Source: Felis catus
Lineage: Eukaryota
Direction of reading: 5' to 3'
Length of the DNA stretch: 64,000 nucleotides
NCBI RefSeq assembly: GCF_018350175.1
Contig: NC_058368.1
Location: 230,332,001 to 230,396,000, forward strand
Position numbers and translations under genes: made by a program. The notes below the pieces were generated by a model that was not told where the DNA came from, ran no database searches, and saw only the letters and a list, made by a program, of their open reading frames with translations. Shown piece by piece: positions 46,100 to 59,204 of this stretch; position 1 is the stretch's first letter; each line of letters opens with the position of its first letter.

Positions 46100-47009
46100 C
46101 GTTAGGAAAACAGACCCAATCTCCAAGAGTTGACTTTATTCTTACAATCCTTCAAGTTTTTGCTATTGGCCATTATTTCCTGTTGCTTCATAGAATACCG
46201 TGTCCTACGATCGTCTGGTTTCACTAGCAGTAACATCTTTCATGGGGTAACAGTGTCAGGCATTAAAAGAACATTTGATAAAAGCTTCTCCGGAAACATG
46301 GCCTCTTTCAGTCTGAAGTGTAAACATGCATGACCTTTCCTCTTACCCACTGAGCTTATATCCTCTGGAATTTACTAAGCGTCTGTAATTATGTCTGAAA
46401 CGTGAAGGAAACATTTCCCCAAGGAGCAAAGAGCCACTATTACAAGGCCAAAAAGATAAAATGTTTGATACGGTTTGGTTTTTTCATTTGTTTGGTTTTT
46501 GTTTTCTTGAAGGGTTCTTTTTTGGTTTTGGTTTTTGGGTGTTTTTTTTTTAATAGTTGACTAGCTACAAGTCCACTAATTCTGATTTATCTTCATGATT
46601 TTGTGTGTAGTGAACACGTTACCTACTATTTCAAAGAAGATAAATCCTGATACGTATATATTTTTTTGCTTCTGCTTTGTTTCTTCTTTTGCAATGGCTT
46701 TTTTGCCAACGCCAAGCTGTTGCACCTGTTTTCACCTTGGTAGAGAGTGAGGCTTTCTCCACCCACTGCTATCCACATCCCTTCCCTGTCTGCTCACTGT
46801 TGTGTCCAGGGAGTTGGAGATACACAATTGAGGGGGCTGGGGGATGGGAGGAGGACACTGGGCCGGTTAATTGTCTCCAGAGCAGGACAGGGTAAAATCT
46901 TCAGGGAAGAACTGGGGGAAGGAAGAGCCCTGAAGGCCACAACTGGAAGCATTTGGTGATTGCTGTGGGGAGCATAAGAAGAATGTGCAAGTAGGCGCTT
47001 TAATCTGTT

Positions 47010-47400
47010 GCTATGAACTGAATTGTACCTCCCCAAATTCATATGTTGAGGCCCTACCCCCCTCCACATAGTCCAAGTGACTATTTGGAGATAGAGCCTT
47101 TAAACAGATTAGGTTTAAGGAAGTCATTAGGGTGAAGTCCCAGTCTGGTAGAACAGGTGCTCTTTCGAAGAGGAAGAGACACCAGAGTGCGCGCTCTCTC
47201 TCTCCCTTTCTCTGCCACGTGAGGTCACGGCAGGAAGGCGGCTGTCTGTAAGCCAGGAAGAGAGCTCTCACCAAAACTCAATTAGGACTCAAGTCCTAAT
47301 CTTGGACTTCCCAGCCTTCAGAACTGGGACAGATTATGTCTGTGTTTGAGTCACCAAGTCTGAGGTACTTTTTACGGCAGCTGGAGTACACTAACTGATA
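47010..47400 (+). mobile_element. MLT1A-type LTR
   Basis: tgctatgaactgaattg...ccaaattcatatgttga. Confidence 0.85.
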
Positions 47401-47699
47401 TCTGGCCTGCTTGGGGATTAATCACTATTAATCCTTGCTGGCCTGTGTTCCTTTTGATTTACAGTAAGATACAGCTGGAATGTAAGTATTCTGAAATCCA
47501 CAGTGAATGCTGCTTGTACGGATGAGAAAGAGAAAAACAGAAGTTAATTACCTCCTTGGAAGCATCAGGCTTTAAATTGAGTGGGCTCTTCATCCGTGCG
47601 CGATGAGGAAGCATCAGAGAGGTTGGGCACAGGAGCGACAGGATCTTACTTAGCTCTCAGGTGGATTGTTCTAGCTGCTTGCTTGCTTGCTTGCTTGAT

Positions 47700-47924
47700 T
47701 TAAAAAATTTTTTTTAATGTTTATTCAGTTTTGAAAGACAGAGAGAGACAGAGCACAATCAGGGGTGGGGCGGAGAGAAAGAGAGGGAGACACAGAATCT
47801 GAAGCAGGCTGCAAGCTCTGAGGGGTCAGCACAGAGCCCGACGTGGGCCTCAAACTCACGAACTGCGAGACCATGACCTGAGCCAAAGTCGGATGCTCAA
47901 CCGACTGAGCCACCCAGGCGCCCC
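47700..47924 (-). mobile_element. Can-SINE nested in the tail of the next SINE
   Basis: Head abuts the (TTTC)n tail of the neighbour. Confidence 0.94.
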
Positions 47925-47960
47925 TTTCTTTCTTTCTTTTTTTTAAGTTTATTTATTTTT

Positions 47961-47998
<38 letters not shown>

Positions 47999-48159
47999 TT
48001 GAGCTCACACTAGTGAGAGGGGTGGAGAGAGAGGGAGAGAGAGAGAATCCCAAGCAGGCTCCGCATTATCATTTGATTCAGGGCTCAGACTCAGAAACTG
48101 TAAGATGATGACTTGAGCCGAAGTCGGACACTTAACTGACTCAGCCACCCAGGCGCCCC
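47925..48159 (-). mobile_element. Can-SINE
   Basis: Outer TSD ctagctgctt (47671 and 48159). Confidence 0.93.
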
Positions 48160-49119
48160 TAGCTGCTTTCTTGAAGGGAGATTCAAGGGGCAAGATCCAA
48201 CGCAGGGAGACCAGTAGGAAGGCTGTCGCAGTATCTGGGATAGCGATGACGGTGGCCCCGGGCCAGTGTAGTAGGGGTGGAAGTAATGGGTGGTCAGACT
48301 GCAGATGTATTTTGCAGGTGGAGGTGGAAGCCTTTGTTGACGGGTCCGTGTAGGCTCTAGGCCCCGGCCGCTGCCTGACTAGAGTGGTCATGGGTGGAGA
48401 TACTGACGGTAAGAGGAACAGTTCTGGAGGAGACGTCACAGCCGCAGTTTGCCTGGAAACGTCACATGGGGCGGAGAAGCACAGAGGCTCAGGCAGCCAA
48501 CTCGGGAAGAGGAGGAGGAGCTCTGCACGACACTACGGAACCAACAGGCGTTTGTACGTGGAGTCAAGCGACCGCACGTTCTCTTGTGCCCAAGACAAGT
48601 CCAGTGTATCATCTCCATCGCCCCGATCCAGGCTCGGAGGTGTCCCCGTTTTGACAACAAATTATATCCGTCACCTTAGTCTGCACCCTAGTGTGACTGA
48701 AGTCATGGACAGGATGGGAGGGCCATCGAGTGGGTGAAGGTGAGGACGGGAGAGACAGGATGAGCCCCTGGGCTGCCGTCATTTATGTGATGAGCAGTGA
48801 GAGAGAATCAGTGCAGGAAACAGAAGGGGCCTGTGAGCAGGAGCCCCCCCACCCCCCAAATCCACATGGAGACACCTATGGAGAAGGGAGACGATGTCGG
48901 GACGCCCCAGGCACAGTCCTCGGCCTCCTCGCTGTCATCTGCACCCATTTCCCTGTGTGCCCGCCTGCCCTGTAGCCACGTCTGTATCGCAGTGACTGAA
49001 GAATGCAGATCCCGGGCTTCAGCTCTGTCCCTGCCCTCGTCCCCCCCATGACAGCAACCATGACGTCTCTCCCACGTCACCTCCCTGTCAAAGTCCCCCT
49101 GGACGCTAGCTTCTACTCC

Positions 49120-49320
49120 TGTTCCATGTCATTTCCCTGCTCTTCTCCCCTTTAGCACTTAGGACAACCCAATGTACTTTTACCCTTCCTACCCCTCGCC
49201 TCCCCATAGAATGCAAGCCCCGTGGGGGAAGGACTTCTTTCTCCGCTCCCTGCCCGGCACATCTAGGCCCTCCACGAGTTTTTGTCGAATGATTGAGTGA
49301 ATGAATGAATGAACGAGTGA
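49120..49320 (+). mobile_element. L2 3' end
   Basis: tagaatgcaagcccc...(TGAA)n tail. Confidence 0.7.
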
Positions 49321-50189
49321 CCGGAAAGGAGACCGGCCCTTGAAGGAGGCGCAGTGAGCACTCAGAGGCAGGAGGGAGATGAGAATAGTTTGGGGGCAGA
49401 CACTGGAGAGTAAGGGGAGCAGCTCGTCAGTGCTGCCGAGAGGTTGAGTAGAATGACACCCGAGGACAAGCACCGGCTCGCACGTCTCCCGCGACCGCTG
49501 GTGGACGCGTCCGGGGGCTGTGGCACAGAGACCCCTGAGCTCACAGGGAGCACCGAGTGGGATGCGGGGCCTCCTGGAGAAGATGCTGGCACAGCACAGA
49601 GGTGCTGGAGTGGAGGCGAAGTCGGTGACGAAAGACGCGGACAGAGAAGTGAGGACAGTGGCTTCACAGCACAAAGGAGAACGTGGGGCTTTGCTGAGAG
49701 CGAGGAGAGTTTTGGGGGGTTGGGTGTCTCAGAAAGAGGATGTGCCTGGGAGCCGGCGTCCCCCAGGTGGGCAGCCTCACCGCACCTCTGGCAGTGCCTG
49801 GAAGCTTCCCCCTGTGGTTTTGGGAAGGCTCTTCTGCAGTTCTTCCATGTTGTTGTTGTTGTCGTTAATTAACAAATGGGTTCAGAATGTTTTCTTTTCT
49901 AAGTCAAATATTTACCGTTCCTTAAAGAAGGAAATCATAAAACCTAAAAAGAAAAAAAAACAGTCATGTTTGTTCTTGATAAAGCAGATAGTTGGCCTAC
50001 GTTTTCTTAAATAATGCTTGTAGAACCCAAACTTCTTTTGGGTTGTGCTCAGATTGTGTTTTCAGCATTAGTTTTTAAGTCTTTTCTCTCACTGGTCTGG
50101 AAAAGAAAACACGAGGCAAGGGGGCACTTTGAAGCTGTTCTGTACGAGGATTTGGGTCCTTGCTTTTCTCTTTCTCTTCAAAAACACAC

Positions 50190-50670
50190 TGTATTAATTT
50201 CCTAGATCCGCCAGAACAAATTGCCATGAAATCTGTGGCTTAGAGTAACACGTTTTTTCTCTCACGTTCTGGAGGCCAGAGATCTGAAAACAAGGTGTCA
50301 CTGGGGCCTCCCTCCCACCAAGCGCTCTCCACTCTCCGGGAAGATCCTTCCTGCCTCTTCCAGCTCCTGCTGGCCTCAGGCATTCCTTGTTTTGTGGTTA
50401 TGCCATCCCGAGTTCTCCCTTCATCTCTATGCGCCTTCTCCCCTGCTTTTCAAAGACACAGGGGAGAAGAGACACGTGAAGACACATGATGTCCTTATAA
50501 GAACAACAGTCCTTGGAACGAGGTCCTAAGATGATTCACGATGATTTCATCTTGAGACCCTTAGTTTAATTACAAGTGCAAAGACCCTGTTTCAAATAAA
50601 GTCACATTCACAGGTACTGGAGGTGAGGACTTAGAAAGATATGTTAGGGGCCCCTTTGCACCTCCCTACA
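50190..50670 (-). mobile_element. MLT1C/D-type LTR
   Basis: tgtattaatttccta...gttctggaggccaga...gtcacattcacaggtactgg. Confidence 0.85.
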
Positions 50671-51492
50671 TGTAGTTTTCTAATTTGAGACGTGATTCGT
50701 TCTGGGGTTCATCATTCTTTTGCGTCCTGGAAATCCACTTAAAATGATTATATAAATAAAGTTGCTTTGCGTTTCAGAGAAACAATGGAGACCATTCTTT
50801 AATTGTATTTTTTAGATCATGTGCAAGTAATGGATGACTTGGGAATTAAAATCAGATATTCAGCAGTCTACAAATTGTATGTTTCTCTTGCTGACATTAA
50901 ATCGACTAGAAAACACAATTAGTAAAACATCTTTTGAAGAAATACATTTTGTTCAGTGCATTCCCCCATGGATTGGCACAAAATAGAATCATGATTAATT
51001 TGAAGTCATGGCAAACTTTAATTCGAGTTGTTTCAAATTATTGTTTCCCGTGAATACAGAGCTATAGGAGTTTATGAATAAGCAGGGAACAGAGAAAAGT
51101 TTAAGATATGCGGTGTAAGGCAGGGAAAAGATGTTCGTGAAGCATCTAACGTGATTAAAACCCTGGGCTCTGTTGGAATCAATGGAATTCCTTCGTTTGT
51201 AGAACAACCCAGGCAGGTGGATGGATTGGATCTTACCTGCCTTATAGTTGAACGGACCGAGAAGCAAGACAAGTACATAAGAAAGCCCACCACCCAGCTA
51301 AGAATCAATGGAAGCAGGATTTGAACCCAGGGCTTCTGTCCCATCGCTGTCTCCGTACGCTCATCTCACTCACTTGCAGAGTGAAAATAGAGCAGGGGTC
51401 AAAAGCCTGGCTCTTGTTCTCGCTTTACCGCCCAAACTCCGTGGATCCTGAACACTGGTCAGGAGGGGGTGCTACGTTAAGAGCCAAGGTCT

Positions 51493-51595
51493 GGGGGCAC
51501 CTGGCTGGCTCAATTGATGGAGCATGTGGCAGTTGATCTCAGGGTCATGAGTTCAAGCCCCACATTGGGCGGAGAAGTTACATAAAAATAAAAAT
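51493..51595 (+). mobile_element. Short (CT-less) Can-SINE within a MIR
   Basis: tRNA-like head plus A tail; TSD agagccaRggt; MIR core follows to about 51800. Confidence 0.85.
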
Positions 51596-53654
51596 GAGAG
51601 CCAGGGTTTGAATCTTACCTCTGCTGCTTGCCAGCTGCATGACCTTGGATCACTTACTCGTGCTCTTGTGCCTTGGTTTACCCATCTGTAAAATGGGGGT
51701 GATCTTAGCACCTACCTCATAGAGTCGTGTGAGGACTAAATGGAGGGATTTAATACCTAGAGCACTTGCAGCAGCGCTTATGAAGCCGAGCTAGGGAGAC
51801 CTGCTCCTCCTCTTGTCTCCCCCTGTGTACATTTATTTGCATAGCTGGACTCCTCTGCTCTCCTGCAGCCCTGCGCCATGAGGTTGCTGATGGTGGTGAA
51901 ACGCCCTGCAAGGACCAATGCCGGTTAAGCCCAAAACGCACTTTTTTTTCCCACTATAGAAGCATTTTTGAAGTGTGCATTAGCTGTTGGCAAAGAAATG
52001 TTTATTTATTTATTTTAGATTTTCTTGTACATCTGTGGTTCTAGCTTTGCCTCATTCTTTGTCCTTGAAGTGCAGCTCGTTGTTAGACAAAAATCATCTT
52101 TGCTTGAAAAAAAAAAACATTTCCATCAGAGGCTTAAGAGCAAAACTGAGCCAAAACATTTATTGAAGGAGAAAATAATCATCACTATTAGACTTGATTA
52201 TTTGAGTTTGTAATCTGTTTCCAGATAGAGCATATATTATTTAATCTATGTGGCAAAACCAAGTTAAATAAACCTTGGATAAATCTTATCTCAGGGGAAT
52301 TCTTAACATACTATATTCCTGTTGTTTTTTTGTCAGTTTTTTTGTGGAAATTGTTTTATTTCCTTACACGTATTTGTTTTCTAAACACGCTCCAAAATAC
52401 ATTTGCAATTTGATATTGAACATGTTTTTTTTCCTACCTTGGGCTTGTCTAACATTTTAACTGATGAATGTTATTTATTTCACTACGTGTTCACCTGAAA
52501 TGGGGATTTAATAAGGTGGTGGTTTTGCAAGAAAATATTATTTATAGCTAAAGCTGACATATAGTGAACAAAAATTTTAATAAGGGCCCAAACCAGTCAT
52601 ACAAATTGCCACACGTTAAAAAGCTAAAGGCTTTATGAACAAGGCTTTGATTAATATATGTCCTGTAAAAAGTGAGGATGACTTCCATAAATGTGTAACC
52701 TGTTGTCTAGAGGATAAGTAAAACCATCACAAATATACCAGGAAGGTAACCTTGGCTCATCCCCTAGTTAGCATGAGAGCCAGTGAGGAACACTGGTGGG
52801 AATTGTTGTTCAAGGGTTGCTAAGTATGTTCTAGAGAGAAGTATTCATGTCAGCAGGGAAAGGAGGGTGGATGAGCGGGAGCGGTCAAGGTAAGACATGG
52901 CAGAAATGAAAAGCAGGAAACATAAATATTCCCCAGAAACATCTATGTATTCATTCACATTGTGTTTTTTCCCATGCTAAAATTTAAAGTCTTTGTACGC
53001 AAAAGGGCAAAACATCGTTTTAGGGGCACTCACTGTGTATCATCAGGATGGAGTAGAACTTCTTTTTCTAGTGGAAAATATACACAGAGAGCTAAACCAT
53101 GCTTTGTGTCGACGTAAAAACAAATGAGAACTTGTTAAATGTCGTAGACGTAGACGCTTGATGGTGTGATAGGCCGTTTATCTGTGCCCAAAAGCGTGGT
53201 TCCCCAGAACCGAATAGCTAGGAACTACTTCCTTTCCTGAAATGCTCACTAAGTCGAAGTCTCTTGCCATAGCTCTGTACACCTTCCCATCCCACCGCAG
53301 GAATTAGGTGAAAAGTAGTTTCATCAAGAAAAGCCCATTTTTCCACTGAACTTATGGCGTCTAATGAAACCGAAAGCCAAGTTATTTTTAACAAAGACAT
53401 CTGAGTTTCCTTGGCTAAAGAGAGGGACTTCTCTTCAGGGGAACGGCCCCCCCTGGAATCAGGGGGACAAAATTTTTCACGTGGAGCAAGGAGGGAGGCT
53501 CCCGTAGGTGGTCAGGCATACACCTGCTGTGTATATCAGCTGTGTGCTCACCTGCGTCACCTGTGTGGTTAGGTTGCAGCCAGGTCACTATCTGAGTTGA
53601 CAGGTGTGCATATTAATAATTACAGCAATTTAAAAATGATGCTTTCATGAATGC

Positions 53655-54219
53655 ATGGGTTGGCAAGCCTTCTGCAAAGGGGTATGTGGTCAATGTTTTA
53701 GGCTCTGCGGGCCAAAAGGCAAATTGTGAATATTATGTAGCTACTGCAAAATAATTATTAATGAAATCCAAAATATAACAATAAAATGTTAATAATGTTT
53801 TGTAATACAGGTTTTCTTTTTTAAAAAAAAAATTTTTTAACATTCATTTTTGAGAGACATAGTGTGAGCAGGGGAGGGACGGAGAGAGAGAGGAAGACAC
53901 AGAATCCGAGGCAGGCTCCAGGCTCCAAGCGGTCAGCACAGAGCCCGATGTGGGAGCTTGAACCCACGAGCTGTGATATCACGACCTGAGCTGAAGTCAA
54001 ACGCTTAACCAAGTGAGCCACTCAGGTGCCCCGTAATATAGGTCTTTCAATAAGAATGAGGCTATTTAGGAAGGATAACATTTTGCCTAATTTGGGTTCA
54101 AAGTTAGTGTTCTCTACCATCAAATCTATTGTAAATGTCCATTTTTAGAAACCATTTGTTACCTCACAAGCCACACAAAAGCAGGAGGTAGCCCAGATTT
54201 GGTCCAGGAACTGACCCTG
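53655..54219. mobile_element. MER58-family hAT element containing a SINE
   Basis: gggttggcaa...ttttaggctctgcgggcc; end ctgaccctg. Confidence 0.7.
53817..54032 (-). mobile_element. Can-SINE
   Basis: TSD gtaataYaggt. Confidence 0.94.
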
Positions 54220-54676
54220 CTCTAACTAACACTGTTGATTTTATGTGTTCGTGAGTATCATTCTAGTATGTTTCTCTAAAATATAAGAGTAGATTCTTTG
54301 CTTACATATGTTTTAGTAAGCTAGCCCTTTCAGTCTGAGTGATTAAAATGAATTTCTATGATATTTTTATGAGATGCATTCTGTCTGACATGTAGATAGA
54401 ATTCAGAAGCCCATGGCCTGATTGGATTAGCCCAATTTTGTTTTCCAGCTGGGGACCACCCATGAATGTGTAGTAAAATCAGTTTAGAGCATTTTGACCA
54501 GCGTTGAAAAGAATGAGTAGGGCAGCATAGCATAGCATACCACGAATAATAACAATTACCATAGTAAGGAAGGTTTGGTTTGCTGTTTTGGGAAAGGGGT
54601 GCCAGACTTGGGTATGCGTGTGTGTGCATGTGTGAGCCTAAGATATATTTTTATGATATATTTTAAGATATATGCA

Positions 54677-54866
54677 GGGGCTCCTGGGTGGCTCAGTCAT
54701 TTAAGGTCCGACTTCGGCTCAGGTCATGATCTCATGGTTTGTGGGTTCAAGCCCAACATCGGGCCTTGTGCTGACAGCTCAGAGCCTGGAACCTGCTTCA
54801 GATTCTGTGTCTCCCTCTCTCTGTGTCCCTCCCCTGCTCGCTCTCTGTTTCTGTCTTTCTCAAGAA

Positions 54867-54905
<39 letters not shown>

Positions 54906-54927
54906 ACAAACATTTTAAAAAATTGAA
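54677..54927 (+). mobile_element. Can-SINE with (TAAA)n tail
   Basis: Seen directly. Confidence 0.95.
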
Positions 54928-56124
54928 ACGTATATACAAAACACTGAGAACTATTTACTTTTCCCAAAGTAACATATTAAAAAAAAACAAAATAGAATCT
55001 CCTAGATGCTGGCAGAGAAACAACATTATCAAACACCTCCAGCTTTTGGCAAATAAATTATGTCATTGTTGATGCCTATAAAATATTTTGAGTGTCTGTG
55101 GAGTGGTGTTTTCCACTGTAGATGGTGAGAGATCAGATGAATAAATGACGTATTTCTGTCTGGAAAATAATCTCAGGTTGCTGTTAACTGTTTTTTTGAA
55201 CTAATGCACAAATTTGAGTGCAGAAATGATATAAATTCTCCCTCTCTGGATTTGTCAGGAATTGGTATTTTAAAAATTATAACCACTTATCTTTATTAGC
55301 AAATGGAAATTATAGCTGTGAAGGAAATTATTTTTGTAATATTTTAGGTTGCATTCTGCAAACAGCTTAGGCATTTGTATTTACACAGTTTGTCTCCTTC
55401 CCGGTAAGTCCTTTTCTCCTTATGTTGAGTGGGATGGGCCATATCTTAGAATGAAGTCTTTGTACTCCATCTCTATATTTCTGCCTTTCATTCACTTCTC
55501 ATTCAACCTGCCCTTGGTAGGGACACAACTGGTAATTGGACCCAGATTTGCAGATGACATGAGATGCTCAGACGGACAACATGACCCTTCCCCATGGAAG
55601 TCCCCATCTAAGTCAACTGTCCCCTCTTCATTTGAATATAAAATATGGGCCCGCCTGAAAACAGACATGAGTGTCCAGATGGAAGTAGACAGTATTATCA
55701 ATATCACTGTTATCCTCATCATCTTCGTGTGTCTCTGAAAAGTAGATTGTAAGTGTGGAGAAAGGAAAAAGGGTAAATGTTGAGTAACGCAGGAATTTAA
55801 ACAAAATGAAAACAATAAAAATAACTTTTTCCCCCAGCCTAATTTTAGCCTTTAAACCTAATTATTAGTGAAATTGTCCAACAATTCCTACTCTATATAT
55901 GATATTTTATATTTGATAAGTGGGTATGCATGATTATCTAGCTTTCCTATAATAATATATACAGATATACTTGAATATACATATGTGTATATGTATATGT
56001 ATACATAATTGTACATATATGTATAAATATGTAAATTTATTATATACATATAAAATTGTTTAAACTGCAGATTGTGGTGCCTTAGTGGATAGTAAAATAC
56101 TTTTGTTGGTCAAGAACAGTGTTC

Positions 56125-56291
56125 TGGGCACCTAGGTGGCTCAGTCAGTTAAGCATTCAACTCTTGGTTTCGGCTCAGGTCATGATCCCATAACTCAGGG
56201 GTTCGAGGCCCCCATCGGGCTCTGCACTGACAGTGTGGAGCCTGCTTGGGATTCTCTCCCTCTCTCTGCCTTTTCCCTGCTCTCTCTTTAC
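56125..56291 (+). mobile_element. Can-SINE
   Basis: TSD aacagtRttct flanks the SINE plus its purine tail. Confidence 0.93.
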
Positions 56292-56358
<67 letters not shown>

Positions 56359-56446
56359 GAAAGAGAAAGAAAGAGAGGAAGGAAGGAAGGAAGGAAGGAA
56401 GGAAGGAAGGAAGGGAGAGAGAGAAGAGAAAGAAGGAAGGAAAGAG

Positions 56447-56513
<67 letters not shown>

Positions 56514-56669
56514 GAAAGAAAAGAAAGAATAAGGAAGGAAGGAAGGAAGGAAGGAAGGAAGGAAGGAAGGAAGGAAGGAAGGAAGGAAGGGAGAGAGAGA
56601 AGAGAAAGAAGGAAGGAAAGAGAGAAAGAAAGAAAGAAAAAAAGAAAGAAAGAAAGAAAGAAAGAAAGA
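56292..56669. repeat. Compound (GAAA)n/(GGAA)n polypurine tract
   Basis: About 380 bp, almost purely purine. Confidence 0.98.
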
Positions 56670-56757
56670 CAAACAGTATTCTGAAAATAATTTAATGGAA
56701 TAAAACAGAGTAAAGTAGAACAAAAAAGAAAGTAACCTGTCAAAAGGCAGCTACCTT

Positions 56758-56961
56758 GGGGCACCTGGGTGGCTTAGTCAGTTAAGCATCTGACTTCGGC
56801 TCAGGTCATGATCATGATCTCATGGTTCATGGGTTCAAGCCCATGTGCTGACCCCTCAGAGCCTGGAGCCTGCTTCAGATTCTGTGTCTCCCTCTTTCTC
56901 TGCCCCTCCCTTGCGCTCTGTGTTTCTCTCTCAAAAATAAACATTAAAAAATTTTAAATAT
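56758..56961 (+). mobile_element. Can-SINE
   Basis: TSD aggcaKctacctt (approximate). Confidence 0.93.
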
Positions 56962-57164
56962 AAAAGGGCATCTACCTTAGTGAGAACAACTTTCTTTCCC
57001 CCTTAATTATACATTCATTTATGTCTGCTCTTGGATCTGTATGAACTGAATTACAGTGTAAATATTTCGTGTTGTGGCTCATTGCTAAAAATTTTTGAAA
57101 AATGTTGCTAAAGTCATAGTGACAGCAGTGATTCACGTGTTCCTCTTATTGTTGTAGATATTCA

Positions 57165-57369
57165 TTTTTTTTAAGTTTATTTTTGAGAAAGAAAATACAC
57201 ACACAAGCACAGGAGGGGCAGAGAGAGAGAGGGAGAGAGAGAATCCCAAGCAGGCTCCACACTGTCAGCACAGGGCCCGAGGTGCAGCTCGAACCCATGA
57301 AACATGAGATCATGACCTGAGCCGAAATCAAGACTCAGATGCTTACCTGACTGAGCCACCCAGGTGCCC
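57165..57369 (-). mobile_element. Can-SINE
   Basis: Head and (GA)n. Confidence 0.93.
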
Positions 57370-59204
57370 GTACATACTTTTTATTTTATTGCCAAGTATC
57401 GGAGCATTATAATTAGTAGATTATTTCCTGGAAATGCATCCTGCAATTTAATGGAGATAAATATTTTTATGTTTGGTTCCACATGGCATTCACTCAGACT
57501 ATTATTTGGTTAGCTTTTTCTATCTGCTGGTTATTGTAGGTTTCTTATCTGCTATTTTAAGCTTTCTTGCAATAACAAGGCTGAAGATTGGATTGCAATA
57601 ATCCAATAATGCCACCCAAGGAAAGTCTAGAAGTATAATGTTAAACACCGATTCAGAGAGAAAAGAGCTTGATCCCTCTCTGATACCGTTTCAAATGGCA
57701 CCCTGTGTTGAAGTAAGGATCCTATATTTTTTATGAGCATTACATAATCTGTTGTCTCCCTGTTGAATAAAATTCCAACCAGCCAGAAATCTGACACTGC
57801 AAAAACATGAGAATTCTCACAGTTCAAAATTACAGTGGCTGGAATTTTTTTTTTTTTACCATATTGTTTTCCTTTGTACACAAAGAGAGGACTTAATAAA
57901 AATACGGTAATATATCTGACAAGTTGCATTGTTGTTCTGTGTAGTATCTCAACAGTTGTTATTAGCTGATGTATATTAACTACATAGAAATGCATTATTT
58001 ACTGTGTGGGTCTCTGGGTATATAAATTAGTAGCTGCTTGCTAGAACTTTAGAAATAATGTAGTGGCAAAAATCCTACCATAATTGTACTTTTTGTTTGT
58101 GAGCAAAATAGAAAGAGACCCATATTAGGGAAGTTGTGCTAGTGGGAACAAATTCTAGTAAGTTCCAACATGAATCGAAGATGGACTCGAAACTGAGGGC
58201 TTAGGTACAAATTTTATTCAAGATCATCATGAGGAATTTGTAACTAGGAATTGAGAAGTGGTGAAATATAATGTGTGTGAATGTCCGTGTTTTACAAATT
58301 TGGCAGCTTTTGAAAAATAATTGTTATGAGATAAACATTCCCAAGGTTAACCTAATCACGCGATCCAAGGCTCCACGTTCTACAATTTACAACGACTAGT
58401 AGAATTTCTGTATTCTGTAGTTCATAAGTAGACTTCCCTTTGAACATTTCTGCCTTTTGGCTTATGTGTCTGTAAATATTGATGATGTCCTGCGTTTTCT
58501 GAGGGGGAGGGCTTACTCCTGTAAAAATCATTCTGCAGGGTTCCAAACTGCAAGTCTAGAGAGGAACTCTGGCAGCAATTTCAAAAAGAGACCCCTTTTT
58601 TGTAAGTATTTACATTTATGCCAAACGTATGTTGTGACCTTCGTGTACATGTAGTATTTGTTGAGATCAGAACACCGGTTTCTTTGTATTAAACATACAA
58701 ATCCAGATCCATTCTTTCGACCCGCTTACAATACTATGTGCTGTGGCCCAGTTGAGTATATGGTATGGACAAAACACAAATTTAGGTTGAAATTCTTAAG
58801 TGAGGAAACAGTGTACTGTCTATTTTGGTCAAGATCGGTAAGTAGGAGAAAATACTTTTCCAGCATTCCCCTTGTAGCACGGACTAGATTTCACATTTTT
58901 CAGATTTAAGGGCCCCCAAAGTGTTGTCAAGTTGCTTTCTTATATCTCTCAAGTCTTGGGAACAGGGGAAGGTGAGTGAATCCACATCACTTGCTGGGAT
59001 GGGCATTGTTCTAAGCCCTTTCCCTCCCATACCTCCCTCACTCCTCTGCGTGTCTGTAGGCTAGATGCTGGTGTGTCCCCATTTTGCAGGTGAGCAAACT
59101 AAGTCCCTATCCCTTGCCCAGGGTCTCGCAGCCATTAAGTTAGAGGACCTGAGCTCAACCCCAGGCAGGCTGCCTTCAAAGGCCGCATTCATAGCTATGG
59201 TGTA

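Larger units (their letters stand above)
47540..48850 (-). mobile_element. L2 fragment containing two SINEs
   Basis: gatgtattttgcaggtggag and related motifs. Confidence 0.65.

Noticed and set aside
49189..50014. Overlapping 101-164 aa ORFs on both strands
   Set aside because: GC-rich patch with no consistent splice sites or recognisable protein.
56136..56764. K/E/R-rich and F/L/S-rich ORFs up to 182 aa
   Set aside because: Translations of the GAAA/GGAA microsatellite.
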